Source of the DNA: Pseudogymnoascus verrucosus
Taxonomy: Eukaryota
NCBI GenBank assembly: GCA_001662655.1
Contig: KV460215.1
Direction: 5' to 3' (one strand)
DNA: 64,000 bases
Made by a program: the position numbers and the translations under genes. This document shows, piece by piece, positions 25,184-37,186 of this stretch; position 1 is the stretch's first letter, and each line of letters opens with the position of its first letter. The notes under the pieces are model-generated. The model saw only the letters and a program-made list of their open reading frames with translations, was not told where the DNA came from and did not search any database.

Positions 25184-26288
25184 GCGGGTCTGTCTTGAAG
25201 GAGCTTGGTTCACGGGGCACGGGTTTTGAGAATTCGATGAGCGTCGTGTGTGGGGATTTTTGTATTTGTTATGGGTGTGTTTTGTGTGGTTTCTCCCTTT
25301 CTTTTCTTTATACCCCCCCGTTTCTTTCGCTTCATTGTCCACACCCTTCTTTTTTTTCACACACTCGTTGGGGGTTTGTTAGATATATTTTGTTTCGATT
25401 TGGGATAACTCGACGGACGAGGAAATTTACAAGGAAAGGAAAGACTGGAAAGACGGGCACGGAAGAAAGTGTGGATGGTGGCGGCGACGCCTGTGGATGG
25501 GATAGTACGAGATGAAATAGGATATGGAAGAAAGGAAGGAAAGAAGGGAAGGGGAGCGCGGCGTTAAGGGATCAGGAGTCCGGAAGGAACCTGCAGCGAT
25601 CGGCTGGTGGGTGGCGTATATGTATGAGTATGTCGTACCATGAGCGATGAGAAAGACAGTCTGTAGTCGGTAATATGGGGGCGAATACCCAAATTCAAAT
25701 ACCAAGATTCACCAAATTAGCTACTTTCGTATACTGTGTGTTCAGCCTAGACTCCTTTGCCTGGGACGTGAGTAGCTTGTACTTTCTCTATCCCCGCCCG
25801 CCCTGTCACCACTTTCTCTATGGTTCATTATACTCGCGCCGCCCAAGAGAGAGTAGAGAGGAGCTGTATATAACAACAGTGATTCCGGCAACTACAATTT
25901 AATCAGAGGCAGGCGGTCACTCACAGCTACGATCAGCAAGCTAGCTAGCTAGCTACTAATATAGGGAACTGAAGAGATAAGCTCTGTCAGTCTAAACATT
26001 TCATATTTATCCCCAGCCAAGCCAGCCCGTCCCTCTTTCAACCCTCAGGACAGCACCAGTTTGCGTATCCCTCTCCTGCTCCTGCCCCACCCCCCACCAA
26101 GCGTACTCGCCCAATCTAAACACCAGCACTAACTAAACCACTTCCTTCCCTACTATCCTACTATGCTATCTCAATACGTCCGACCATTCAAGAACTGATA
26201 TCTTCCCCTTTTAGGAACATATACTTCTCCATCCCCGCCGGGCCCGCCATCACTCTATCTCTATGGCTCATCGTATGCGTATTCCCCT

Positions 26289-27375
26289 CTAACCCAGCCG
26301 GTCCGGCAAACACGCTGAATTGTCCCCCACACTCCCGGCTGCTATGTGGGTTATGGGCGGGAGGGCGACGATGGGAGAGGGAGTGAGGCCGGTGATACGG
26401 GAGCGGGGGAGGCGGCGACCGAGTTGGGATTGTTCGGGTGTGCCCCAGGAGAAGACGCGGCCTGTTGTGGCGAGGGCGAGGATGTGGTTGTTTCCTGCGG
26501 CGAGAGAGATGATGGGGGGGAGGGAGGGGATGGGGAGGGGAGTGCGCTGGCATCTGTTTGAGGGGTTTGGGGATTTGGCGGTGGCGGCGGTGAAGCCGCG
26601 GATGCCGTCGTTGGCCTGGGGGGTGTTGGTTTAGGGGGTTAGAAAGGGGAGGGGAGGGGGACGTACGCGGAAGGTGCCCCAGCCGTAGACGGCGCCGGTG
26701 CTTGTTAATGCGAAACTCGCACTGTCGAGCGCGACGACCTGGACAAACTCCCCAGAGACGTTGCCGAATGCATCGCGTGCTATAGCAGTCGGCGTGCTCT
26801 CCTTGGGATTCAGATCCCTCTCATCCTCGGAATCTTCCCCATCGGACCCCTCATTAACATCCCTCGTCGGCGCCTCCCATGTCGTGTCCCGCCCGAGCGC
26901 GCCATCATCGTTAACTCCCCAAGTCAGGATCTTCTGATCATGCGTGAGAGCTACGCAGTGCATCCCCCCCGCGGCGATCTGGACGATTCCGACGGTAGCG
27001 GCGGGGAGGAGGGGGTTAAGGCGGGGCCGGGTGACGGAGGTGGGTTTGTTGCCGTTGATGGGGGTGGGGTCGAGTCCGAGCTCGCCGGACTCGCCGTCGC
27101 CGAAGACGTAGATGTGGAGTTTTGTTGTTGGGGGGGTGTTGAGGGGGGTGGGTTTGAGTTTTTTGGTGGGTTGGGAGTGTGAGCGGGGGATGGGACGTCT
27201 CTTTTTTGGTGTGGGGTTCGAGGCCGTGGGTTTTGGAGCTTTGGAGATGTTAGTATTCGCGCGAGCATTTGGATTACAAGATGCGTTGTAAATATTAGTA
27301 TATACCTGAATCTGCGTCCTTCTCGACCGGCGCCTTTGGCGGTGGCAGTCTTCTCGTGGATTTCGTCCTAGCCAT
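26289..27375 (-). CDS. C-terminally truncated RCC1/Pim1-like repeat protein (possible pseudogene); exons 27375-27306, 27238-26667, 26615-26289
   Basis: RCC1 repeats VFGDGESGELGL, IVQIAAGGMHCVALT..KILTWGVNDDGALGR, VYGWGTFR and AAGNNHILAL...VFSWGTPEQSQLGR. Introns are canonical. A stop follows about 4 repeats. Confidence 0.8.
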
Positions 27376-28391
27376 TTCTGATATACGACCAGGACGCGAC
27401 GTGACCGTGACGGGGTGCTATAATTGACGATTCTCAAAGGGCATCTCAGTAACTGCGTAAAATATATAGCGCTCGAGAGATTGAGATAAATTAGTTGAAG
27501 CTATGAAGAAGACAATGGCGCGAGTAAAGTCGAGTATCTCCCTTTGTTCATCAATTTCCACTTGGCGCGCGTCTGCCTGATCGACGACAGCCTGGTCGAC
27601 CTCTGCCTGTTGGACGACTGCTTTGTTGGACGTGAGATTACAAGTCCAACCGCTGTAAAGCAACTGCGTCCATGCCTTAAAATGGTCTGTCGAGCTTGGG
27701 TTGAAACGTTGCTTGCCCAATTAGCCTCTCAATTGCGTTATTCCGCATCATGCAGTTCGTCGCATTGATCTGAGGTTGCAGGACAAAACAAAGAAACGGC
27801 CGGCTTCTCGACCAGCAAAAACAAAAAATGGTGGCGCCTTGCGCTACGACTGAACCATCCAACAAGGATACCTATCTATCCCATTTTTAGAGAGTTCTTC
27901 ACAATGGCCCAGGTGGAGTTCCTTCTGCAGCACTAGAGAACAAGGAAGAACAACGGCGACTCCATGAACCGCGGACAAAAAGAAAAAGATTCATCGTGGC
28001 AAGCAATTAGCATCTCCACATGCTGGCGACGGGTTGTTTACTTATACAACTCGTGTCCATAGAAACGCCTTATCTGGGTCGTCAGAAATATAATTCAGTC
28101 AGCCATTAGCTCTCTAAATCCAAAAATGCGCATGCCACATCTGACAGTCGCCTGTTTCAAGCTCTGCTATATTACTCCTAACTTTGTCGGTTTTAAGGCG
28201 ACTCAACCCGAAAACCAACAATTTTTAGTTCGTCTAATAGATCATTAGCTACATTATAAAACTCTTCCGAATTTATATACAAATCTATTATACTTATTTT
28301 AGTTCTTTAGAACAGTAAGTAGGTCACTGTTCCGAGCAAACTAACTTATACTCTAAAATAAGAGATCGAAATTCTAGAATTACAAACACCA

Positions 28392-31031
28392 TCAAGCCAG
28401 AATCTCTACCTTCCAAGAATCACCCGCATCAGCATCATTTCCACCTCTCTTTAACTCAACTTCAATAAGCCAGCATGCCTCTGAAAGTTCTGTACGCCTC
28501 GCTTCAACCTCGCGTCCATCAACATTGACCTTTAATCCAGCCGAACTGACTACAAACGCCACAACACCTTCGTATAGTATGTCCACCGTCAACCTCCCCT
28601 CTCCATAAATAACGTGTTCCGCAGCAGCTAGGCCAGAATATTTATCAAGCAAGCTTAGAAATGCGATCTTCGGGCCGTTTTTTGACAATGTGTGATTAGG
28701 AACAATTCGAAGAACCTCATGGGCCTCAGGTTGGAGGGCTAATGTTGCAACAAGACTAGACTCAAAACTCTCTTTCGACTTATTACTGTCGTTAATGTCG
28801 CAGGATAGAGAGACTGGGACACATTGGCGTGCGTTGGCAAACCACACCATATATTCGCCCCCACTCTTGGGTGATAGCTCAAGCGCCTGTCTGATATCTG
28901 TCTCGGAAATTATATCAAGACTACAGTCCTTAATACAGCCATGGCTCCAGGCTACGATCACAGCGGAGTGCAGAAGCGGAAAGCAAGTTGATGCTTTTAT
29001 CGTGGGGCGGGTCTCACATTCCGCGTTTTTGCCGGTCTCCCACAGTCGATTGGCAAGAGGACGAAGAGGATGCTTCGCTCGAATGGTCTTCATTGCGCCC
29101 GACTTGGACACACCGACCAGTCTATTGATGACTTCGAGGTTATGCTTTCCTAGGTGGTCGGAGAGGATGATGGGACCGGGGAAGAATGCCCGCAATACAG
29201 CATGATACTCGGGCCACTGCTTGCCTGTCATGAACATGTCTGCATCAAGTATGAGACACGTATTTGAGAGGACAAGAGAGTTGTAGACGTTGTACAAAAT
29301 GTGTTGCGCATGTGTGTACGTAGGTAGACCAAAGTCATTCGTGTTGCGGAACATGATGCGTTGGCCTTGAGTGGCGAGTCCGGTTGCTATGTCCCCAACG
29401 AACATGCGCTCAGAGTGAGACATGCAATGGATGACTTTCCCGGGACCAAAGACTTCATTTGCTGCTGCGAACATGCCGTTCCACATGGCGTGCGCCGCTT
29501 CTGCACCATGTCGTCCTTCGAGAAGGGAAATCGAAGCTTGGTTGTCGACCTTTACGAATGTAATGCCGGCTGTGGCGCAGGTTCTGAAATAGTCCTTCCA
29601 GAAGTCGAACGCTCGTGAGGGATGTGGGAGATACCATTCTCGATTGGGGCTATAGCGTTGGGCGACTATCTGAGCGACGGCAGCACTTGAACCATTCTGG
29701 ATCTTTGGGACTCGGGAGGCGCTTATTCTGTAAGGGCTCATATCATACTTTGGTACTAATGGAGACGACGGTACTGTGCCGTTCCAGTATCCTTGTATGC
29801 TGTAGCAATAATTAGTATCGGTATAGAAGAATATACCAAGAGCTAGTGTGTAAGGGAAGCCAACTTACGACATCCATACGCCAACATCCTTTACGGTCGG
29901 TAGTTTCTTTTTGATGTGACAAACTGTTTCTTTTAAAGAACCTCCCAGGCCCTCGTAGGCACCGAAGCCCCAAAGTCCTTGATTATCCGGACCATCGCTT
30001 CCATTGTGTCGAATATCTTGCCAGCCATCATCGATAATGAAGGTGCCGATCGGAAGTTTGTCGTCTGCTATTGATGCGACTAGGTCTTTCATGTTCTGTT
30101 TTGTCGGAAGCACAAATTCTCCAAGTGATGACCTGAGTATACCTTAGTGATTATGAACTGCTGAAGTAGAGAAACACCTTACCATGTGCAGAACCCAAGG
30201 GCATCAAAGGGGCTGTTATTATTCTCTGTCGTGTCGATCTTTTTGACTGCAGCTCCCATCACCTCTTTTATTGCTAGAGATGTATCTCCAGTCGTACTCA
30301 GGTAAGAAATCACTTCTCCAGAAGCCCTGCAGGTATCGCCATTCGCTCGTCGAGCCCTAATATATGCCCCAGGTTGCTCTCCTTGCCGTGCAGCAGAGAT
30401 GTGCAGTAAGACGCCATCAGAAGAAACTGGGACAATAAAGAGTACGGTTGAATTGCAGTCTATCTTCCTTAGTAACAGAGCCTGTGTCTGATAGTTGGAA
30501 GGCAGTTGAGAAAGGCGCATGAATTGTGGCTCAACCCATGTAGGCCTATTTATATTAGTAAATGTGAAGAATCCTTGAATTGACAGTTAACTACCTTGAC
30601 CGAATCCAAAGCCAGCCTTCCCATTCATCAAGATCTAACCATGGCAGCCAGCTCGATGACTCAACTTCCACCTCGGATAGTCGGACTTCAGTTTTGAAAG
30701 GGCACGAAACTTGGCTTTCCTGAGTCTGGGAGTGTATGGAAATAGAACCATGGTATTCTTTTTTTCCATCTTGTATTGTGGTGTACTCGAGCTTTCGTGA
30801 AGATGATGTGATTGGTATCGAGACGTGAAGGGTAGTAAGAGATACACCTCCCCAATTACCCACCGCCGGCCTTACAGCAGATCTAAAGGAATATGACTCT
30901 TTGGTTTGAAGGTCTTCGGCAGCAAAGATAATATCATTTTGAATTTCCGCTCTAATGGTGACATAGACTTGATAGAAAGCTGCGTTCGGAGTTGTGACGA
31001 CGGTTTGTCCAGGGGCGGGACTGAACTTCAT
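28392..31031 (-). CDS. GH36 raffinose synthase/Sip1-type alpha-galactosidase; exons 31031-30595, 30545-30183, 30132-29869, 29799-28392
   Basis: Motifs LGFCTWSSLG, FIIDDGWQ, VGVWMSIQGYW, FVKVDNQA (nucleophile Asp), IHCMSH, RNTNDF, DADMFMT, YHAVLRA and GPIILSD. Three canonical introns restore the frame. Confidence 0.9.
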
Positions 31032-31191
31032 CTTTGTGACCAACAGCTGGAAATGGATGTCAGGTTTAGAATAATTATTTCCTCATTGTGGCGTGTTCTA
31101 TGCTAATATACCCCCGTTTCTCGGAATTGCTCTTCCTCTTGCCCTCTTGCCTCCATGATGTGGGCTAGGGGCAAATCACGCATCAACGCCA

Positions 31192-31461
31192 GCGGAATTG
31201 GCGGGATTGACATGCGGACATCTTTTTATACGTCCCTGGAGCATCTCTTGTCCACTCATCGAGCTTTAGCAACATTTCTTAGCTTGAGGCTTTTGAACCC
31301 CGCAATGGTCTTGGACGTGTGATGGCAATTCCAGCAATCCCGTCAATTCCGCCAATTGGGGCGGGACATTGCCAAGACAACACCGAGCCAATACCCCGCC
31401 AATGTCCCGCCGAATTGGCCAGTCAGAGCAATCCCGCCGCGATCCCCTCCCCAATTCCGCC
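31192..31461. promoter_or_regulatory. Repeated CGG-containing motifs in the divergent GH36/transporter promoter (candidate Zn2Cys6 sites)
   Basis: GCGGAATTGGCGGGATTG (31192-31209) has a near-exact reverse complement CAATCCCGTCAATTCCGC (31335-31352). There is also an inverted pair GGCGGGACATTG/CAATGTCCCGCC and further CAATCCCGCC and CAATTCCGCC half-sites. Confidence 0.55.
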
Positions 31462-31804
31462 TGGCACCAATCATGTCGCCCTCTGCAAATCCAATATTTG
31501 TTTCCAGTCTGAAAATTGTAGCCGTCTTCTTGCTTTTTTTACGAACGTCTTAACTTCAGTCCCCCTCTACCAACCCGTTAGTTAACTTCAGGGGCATACA
31601 GGCAACGTCGAGATTTGCGCCTAGTTCATGTACCCCGCAGTGTTGAGAACCCCACGGGGGGATCACCGACAGCCACCCCAGTATTAAAGACCAGGACATT
31701 TCCCTCCCTCCTTAGATTTTTATATCATCAACTTCTTTCATATTCTAAGATTCTGTTACCGTCCTCATTTTGAACATACTATTTCGCACAACAGTGCCTC
31801 AAAA

Positions 31805-33671
31805 ATGGCGTCAACGGACGCCAACCAGAAGGAATCGCTGGCGGTCCAGGATTCTAATGTCTCCCATATCGAACGAGGCCTTGAAGAGAAGCTTCAAGGT
31901 GCCATCCTCACTGAATATGCCCAAACCGGTATTACTTCTGAACATAAGATGGGTCTCAGAGAAGCGCTCAAAAATTATCCATGGGCTATGTTTTGGTGTC
32001 TCATGGTTTCCATGTGCGTCATCATGGAGGGCTATGATACAATTTTGATGGGAAACTTTTATGCGTACCCGTAAGTTTCTAATCTAGAACACAATTCTTC
32101 AGCACTTTAATGACAGTTGATAGCGCTTTTGCACTAAAGTATGGGCAGTACGTCCCGGAAACCGGAAACTACCAATTGACTGCAGCGTGGCAGTCTGGGC
32201 TGGGTAATTCCAGCGGCGTCGGAGCATTTTTTGGTGCCCTCATTAACGGCTATCTTGTCGATATCTTGGGGATGAAGCGCCTAATTCTGATCTCACTTGT
32301 AGTATTGTCTGCATTTATCTCGATCACCGTTTTTGCAAATAATGTCACTACGCTTTGCGTAGGACAGATTCTATGTGGACTACCGTGGGGAGTCTTTGCG
32401 ACAACAGCACCAGCATATGCTTCGGAGATTCTTCCACTGCCTCTTCGTGTCTACATGACATCTTATACTAATATGTAAGCTTATTTGACCCTTTTAACAA
32501 CGTTATACTAATATGTTACAGGTGCTTCATCATCGGTCAATTGATTGCTGCTGGTGTTCTTTCTTCCTTTTCATCTCAGAAAACTTGGGAGTGGGCATTT
32601 CGAATTCCTTTCGCAGTTCAATGGGCATGGCCTGTGATACTCTTCCCAATCCTGCTCTTTGCTCCTGAATCCCCATGGCATTTGGTATGTTATTACGTTG
32701 CCGTCTTGTATCTCTCTTCCAATGACTAACGTCGATTATTAGGTTCGGAAAGGCCGACTCGAAGAGGCTGAGAAAATACTTCGACGACTTCAGAGCAAGT
32801 CCTGTTTGGCCGATCCAAAGGAGGCACTTGCTATTATTATACACACCGACAACCTTGAGAAGGAAATCACGGCAGGCACATCATACTTTGATTGCTTTAG
32901 AGGCGCAGAGAGACGTCGCACAGAGATTGCTTGTATGTGCTTTGCAGGCCAAATATTTTCGGGTACCCTCTTTGCGTACAACTCAACATACTTCTTCCAA
33001 CAAATTGGCCTCAATACCGTTGCGACATATAAGGTAACATTGATTGCCACCTTTCTCTCTTCTGACCGCGGTTAACACTCAAACAGATGAACGTCGGAGG
33101 TACCGGCATGGCATTGTTTGCGACCCTCTTAAATTGGTTCTTCTTAATGCCACACTTTGGTCGTAGAAAGATCTACATGACTGGAATGGGCGCTCTCACG
33201 ATAATCCTATTCATCATCGGCTTCCTTCAAATACGTGCAACTGGCACCGGGCCACTTCTTAATGCACAGGCTGCCTTCACGCTTCTATGGACATTCACTT
33301 TTCAGTTGTCGATAGGACAACTGGGTTGGGCACTCCCGGCTGAAATTGGATCTACCCGCTTGCGGCAAAAGACTATCGTGCTTGCCCGTAACGCGTACTA
33401 TCTCTCGGCAGTAGTCTCACGCACGCTGGAAAATTACTTCCTCAATCCGCGGGCGTGGAATCTGCGTGGATACACTGGATTTGTTTGGGGTGGAACCGCT
33501 CTGCTTACCTTAATCTGGGCCTTCTTTCGTCTTCCGGAGACTAAGGATAGGACATTTGATGAACTCGACATTCTGTTTGCTAAGAAGATTCCGGCAAGGA
33601 AATTCGCCAAAACTGATGTTAACACGTTTAATGAGGATGAGCCTATTACAGCGGCTGCCATCATTGCATGA
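31805..33671 (+). CDS. MFS sugar porter, alpha-glucoside/maltose permease type; introns 32071-32123, 32475-32521, 32685-32742, 33034-33086
   Basis: IMEGYD, YQLTAAWQSGL, GQILCGLPWGVF, AYASE..P..LR, PFAVQWAWP, PESPWHLVR, RRTEIAC, STRLRQKT and PETKDRTFDELDILF are typical of Mal11/MalP-like transporters. Confidence 0.93.
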
Positions 33672-34126
33672 GACATAGTTGCCACCAACGAGAGCAACTG
33701 AAGATCAAGGAAACATGTATGCTAAGAATGCCCTTCTTAGGTAGGGCCATAAAAATGTTAAGCTTTTCATAAAGTAATATAAACAACAATGAGCAGAAAA
33801 TAGAGTATTTATAGACATTATAGCCGAAGTGAACCAATTTAATGCGCCTTTTAAAGGGACGAATAGTGAGATGATGTCGAAGAATGTACGCTAGAGACAA
33901 CAGAGTTTAGTACCCGTGCGTGCTAAGCGAAAAAAGTCGATAGCTCCTCGTCTGAAATGCGGGGAGCTCAATTATCTCACTCGCTCACTCACCTCTCTGT
34001 AAATCATAACGCAATAAGTTTAACTTCTCCTACACACTCGGAGTGATCCAAATGTCTTAAGCTTCTTAGACATTAGCCGAACTCTGCGTGTTCCATTTTA
34101 CCGCAAACGATGGTCACAATTGAGCT

Positions 34127-35814
34127 ATGAGGCAGCCTTCAGCCTGTTTGACCTGCCGGTAGGTAGTCTGGTTGGTATAAATATTTCGTGCTTACAATTC
34201 ACAGAATACGCAGGCGAAGGTGCAGATTTTCAAATGGTCCTAATTCCTCTTGTGAATATTGCGCATCGAAACGGCTGAAATGTACAGGATTTCAGCCAAC
34301 CTCGGCACCATCTACGGGTGCTTCAATTCGCTCACTAGATGAGGCCTCGGGCGGAGCACATAGCGGTAATGGCGAAATTGTGCAATCAAAATCCGCAGTA
34401 GGACTTCCACCGCTGGAAGTATGCTCGGAACTTGTATCTTTGTATTTCGACTATATTCATGACCAGTTTCATTCTCTCTTCCATCGTCCAAGCTTAGAGA
34501 CAGACCTTGCGAATGGCAAGGTGCCACTAGTAATACTTTATGCCATTATAGGATTGGCCGCAAGGTATGCTATCTTTAGCCTTATTCCTCTTCTGTGCAT
34601 CAGCCCTCGCAATTAAAGACTAACTACAGTTTGAGGTTCTCAACACATGTACTATTTTCAGAGATAGATCCGAGAATCAGAAGCAAAGTGTACGCTGAAG
34701 AGAGTGATCGCCTCCTCAAAGTGGGCGAAATCTCTTTAATAACCATTCAGGCGAGTGTCCTATTAGGTACGATTAGTAATGCCGAAGGCCAGGCAGACAG
34801 TGGATCTATATATTATGCTATTGCAGTTCGAATTGCTGCTATCATGGACTTAGCAAATAGGCCTGCTACATGTTGGGTGGAAAAGGAGGTTAATATTCGA
34901 GGTATGATCTTATAAGATTTACAGATACTAAAGCGTCAGCTCATACTAAATTTTATTCCATAGTATGGTGGACACTGTACATGACTGATACTTGGTCGTC
35001 ATACGGTCTCCGACTTCCAAAACAAATGCATCGCATTAACAGTCTCCCCCTTCCAGCCGACGACGAAGCCTTCCTCCAGGCTAGATGCGGCAATGAAATT
35101 GCTCCCAATCTCGATACAGAACTAGAAAGTTCACTACTTAGCCAAATGGTCAAACTCCACTTCATCCTCATAGAAGTCAACGATTTCAACTCCTACACCG
35201 TCACAAGCCAGATAACGGAAGCAGAGACCGTCACAATGGTCACAAAACTATCACAAAAGCTCGATGACTGGCATACATCTCTTCCTCCCTGTATGCGCGA
35301 CACGCCGGAGAACCTAAGTCGCTATGCGGCCCAGGGTTTCGGCCGCATGTTCGTCGCCGTCTATCTCGGTTACTACAACTATGGTCAACTCCTCTTCTAT
35401 CAATTCCTCAACTCTGATCACTACAGCCCATACGTGCAATCCCAACTCTACGCGGCAAAGTGCGAAAGCTACGCCACTCGACTCTGTGAGATCGTGTATG
35501 CAGCAAACGCGATCCCTGAGTGCGAGGTGCACTACATGATGGCAGGGCATGTGCTGGCAATTGCGTCAACCGTGCAGATCCATACGCTGCTGTTTGCCGA
35601 TAACGAGGAAAAGATCAAAGCCGCGAAGTACAGATTGGAGCGAAACTTTGAGATTCTGATGAGGCTAAAGAGGTTTTGGCCGACGTTGGATATTTCGTTT
35701 GCTAGGTTCCAGGAGTTTCATAGGGTGTGTCGGGAGTCGATGGAGACGAGCTTTAGGATGGACAGGTGGATGCTTACTTTCTTGTTGGAATTTGGGAAGC
35801 CTTTAAACAAGTAG
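34127..35814 (+). CDS. Zn(II)2Cys6 transcription factor with fungal-specific TF domain; introns 34159-34204, 34565-~34629/34635, 34902-34963
   Basis: Spliced N-terminus ACLTCRIRRRRC..NSSCEYCASKRLKC, plus LYFDYIH..FHSLFHRPS and R.WWTLYMTDTWSS. Confidence 0.9.
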
Positions 35815-35855
35815 GGTATATCTAAAAGGGGAATTTAAAGGCTTTAAGAAGACGC

Positions 35856-36536
35856 CTATAGAGCATTGTGGACTATACCGCAATGTTGACTGAAAAACAT
35901 TCTCTTTATATACCACTTAAAGCCTACGAGACAAGAAACGTCCGGCGCCGCAGTATCCATGCAAACACCACCTTCTCCATTTCGCTCTCCGACACACCCA
36001 CCATCACGCCTTTCACTCTTACTCTCATCCGCACCACCCTCACCCACCCCTACACCCCTTTGCCGAATCACAACACAAGCCCTACACCCACCAACCTCAC
36101 ACCTCTTCACCTCCCCCCTCTCCACCACCTTAATCCTCATCTGCAACGCCCTCGACATCCTCATCTCCCTGGTCCCATTCGCAGCCGCGAACGCAGCGAG
36201 TAGCGTAGCCTCCTCCATTAACGGCGCGATGGGCTGGTCGACTCTAAACACCTCACTGCCGAGGCGGGTGTGCGCTAGCAGGACCTAGGAGCTGCTAGTG
36301 CTGGCGGTGCCTGCGGTGGTGTTGGTAGCGCTAGAGACGGAGGGGGCGGGGGTGTCGACTAGAATGCTGTGTGCACGTGCGAGGGTTTGGTTACGGACGT
36401 CAGGGTCGATGAGGAGGGCGGCGATGACGGTGTAGGAGGTAGGGATTTCGTCGGTTAGGTAGTCGGAGAGAGTGGCGGGGGTAAAAGTTGCGCCAAGCCA
36501 CGTCAGCCACACGTCGTCGGCCCCCTGCCGCGCCAC
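35856..36536 (-). pseudogene. Possible degenerate gene: two in-frame ORFs separated by one TAG, no clear ATG
   Basis: ORFs 36285-36536 and 35856-36251 share a frame (…TASTSS*VLLAHTRLGSEVFRVDQ…) and show the C-rich 5'/G-rich 3' gradient typical of local genes. Confidence 0.3.
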
Positions 36537-36843
36537 GAATGCCCCGCCACGGTGGTAAGGCCGTACGGTTGTGCTGCTCTGTCCGGCTTACGGATGGGTG
36601 ATGGGCTGAGCCGCAGTGGTACGTACGTACGTATGCTAAGGGGAAGGAGATGCTGCGGATTTGTGGTCGGAGGGGGGAGGGGGATATTGTATAAGTATGG
36701 ATGGGTTTCCGGTGTGGTGGAAGGGATTATAATCACGATCAGACTTTCATCTATCACACGCAGCCATCCGAACGCATTTATCACTTCATCCACCACCAAT
36801 CCACCTACAATCTACCAAACCAACCTCATCCCCAACTACAGCA

Positions 36844-37186
36844 ATGGGTCTCCTGACGAAAGCTGCTGTTATCGGCGCCGGGATCTACGCAGTAAAGCAC
36901 CTCAAGTATGTTGCCCCTCTCCCCACTACCTGTCAACCCACTAACCCCCCACAGAGAGAAGAAGGACAACCAAAAAGCCGGCGCACAGTACGAGCAGCAA
37001 CAGCAACAGGGTCAGGGGCAGTTCGCGCCGCAGGGACACCAACAACAGCAGTACCAGCAGGGTCATGGACAACAATACCAGCAGAACCAGCAGCAGCAGT
37101 ATGCTCCGCATGGGGAGAAGGGGGGCCCGCCGTCGTATGTCCAGCATAATGGGGGTTATGGAGCGGAGAAGATGGGGGGGAAGTGA
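36844..37186 (+). CDS. Small (about 97 aa) Gln/Gly/Tyr-rich protein with an N-terminal hydrophobic helix; intron 36906-36954
   Basis: MGLLTKAAVIGAGIYAVKHLK is joined through GTATGT..CTAAC..CAG to EKKDNQKAGAQYEQQQQQGQGQ...GPPSYVQ..MGGK*. TATAAG occurs upstream at about 36690. Confidence 0.8.

Noticed and set aside
27418..27720. 100-aa ORF with a QAEVDQAVVDQAD mini-repeat
   Set aside because: TTG start, no recognisable family and no supporting splice structure; at most a gene relic.
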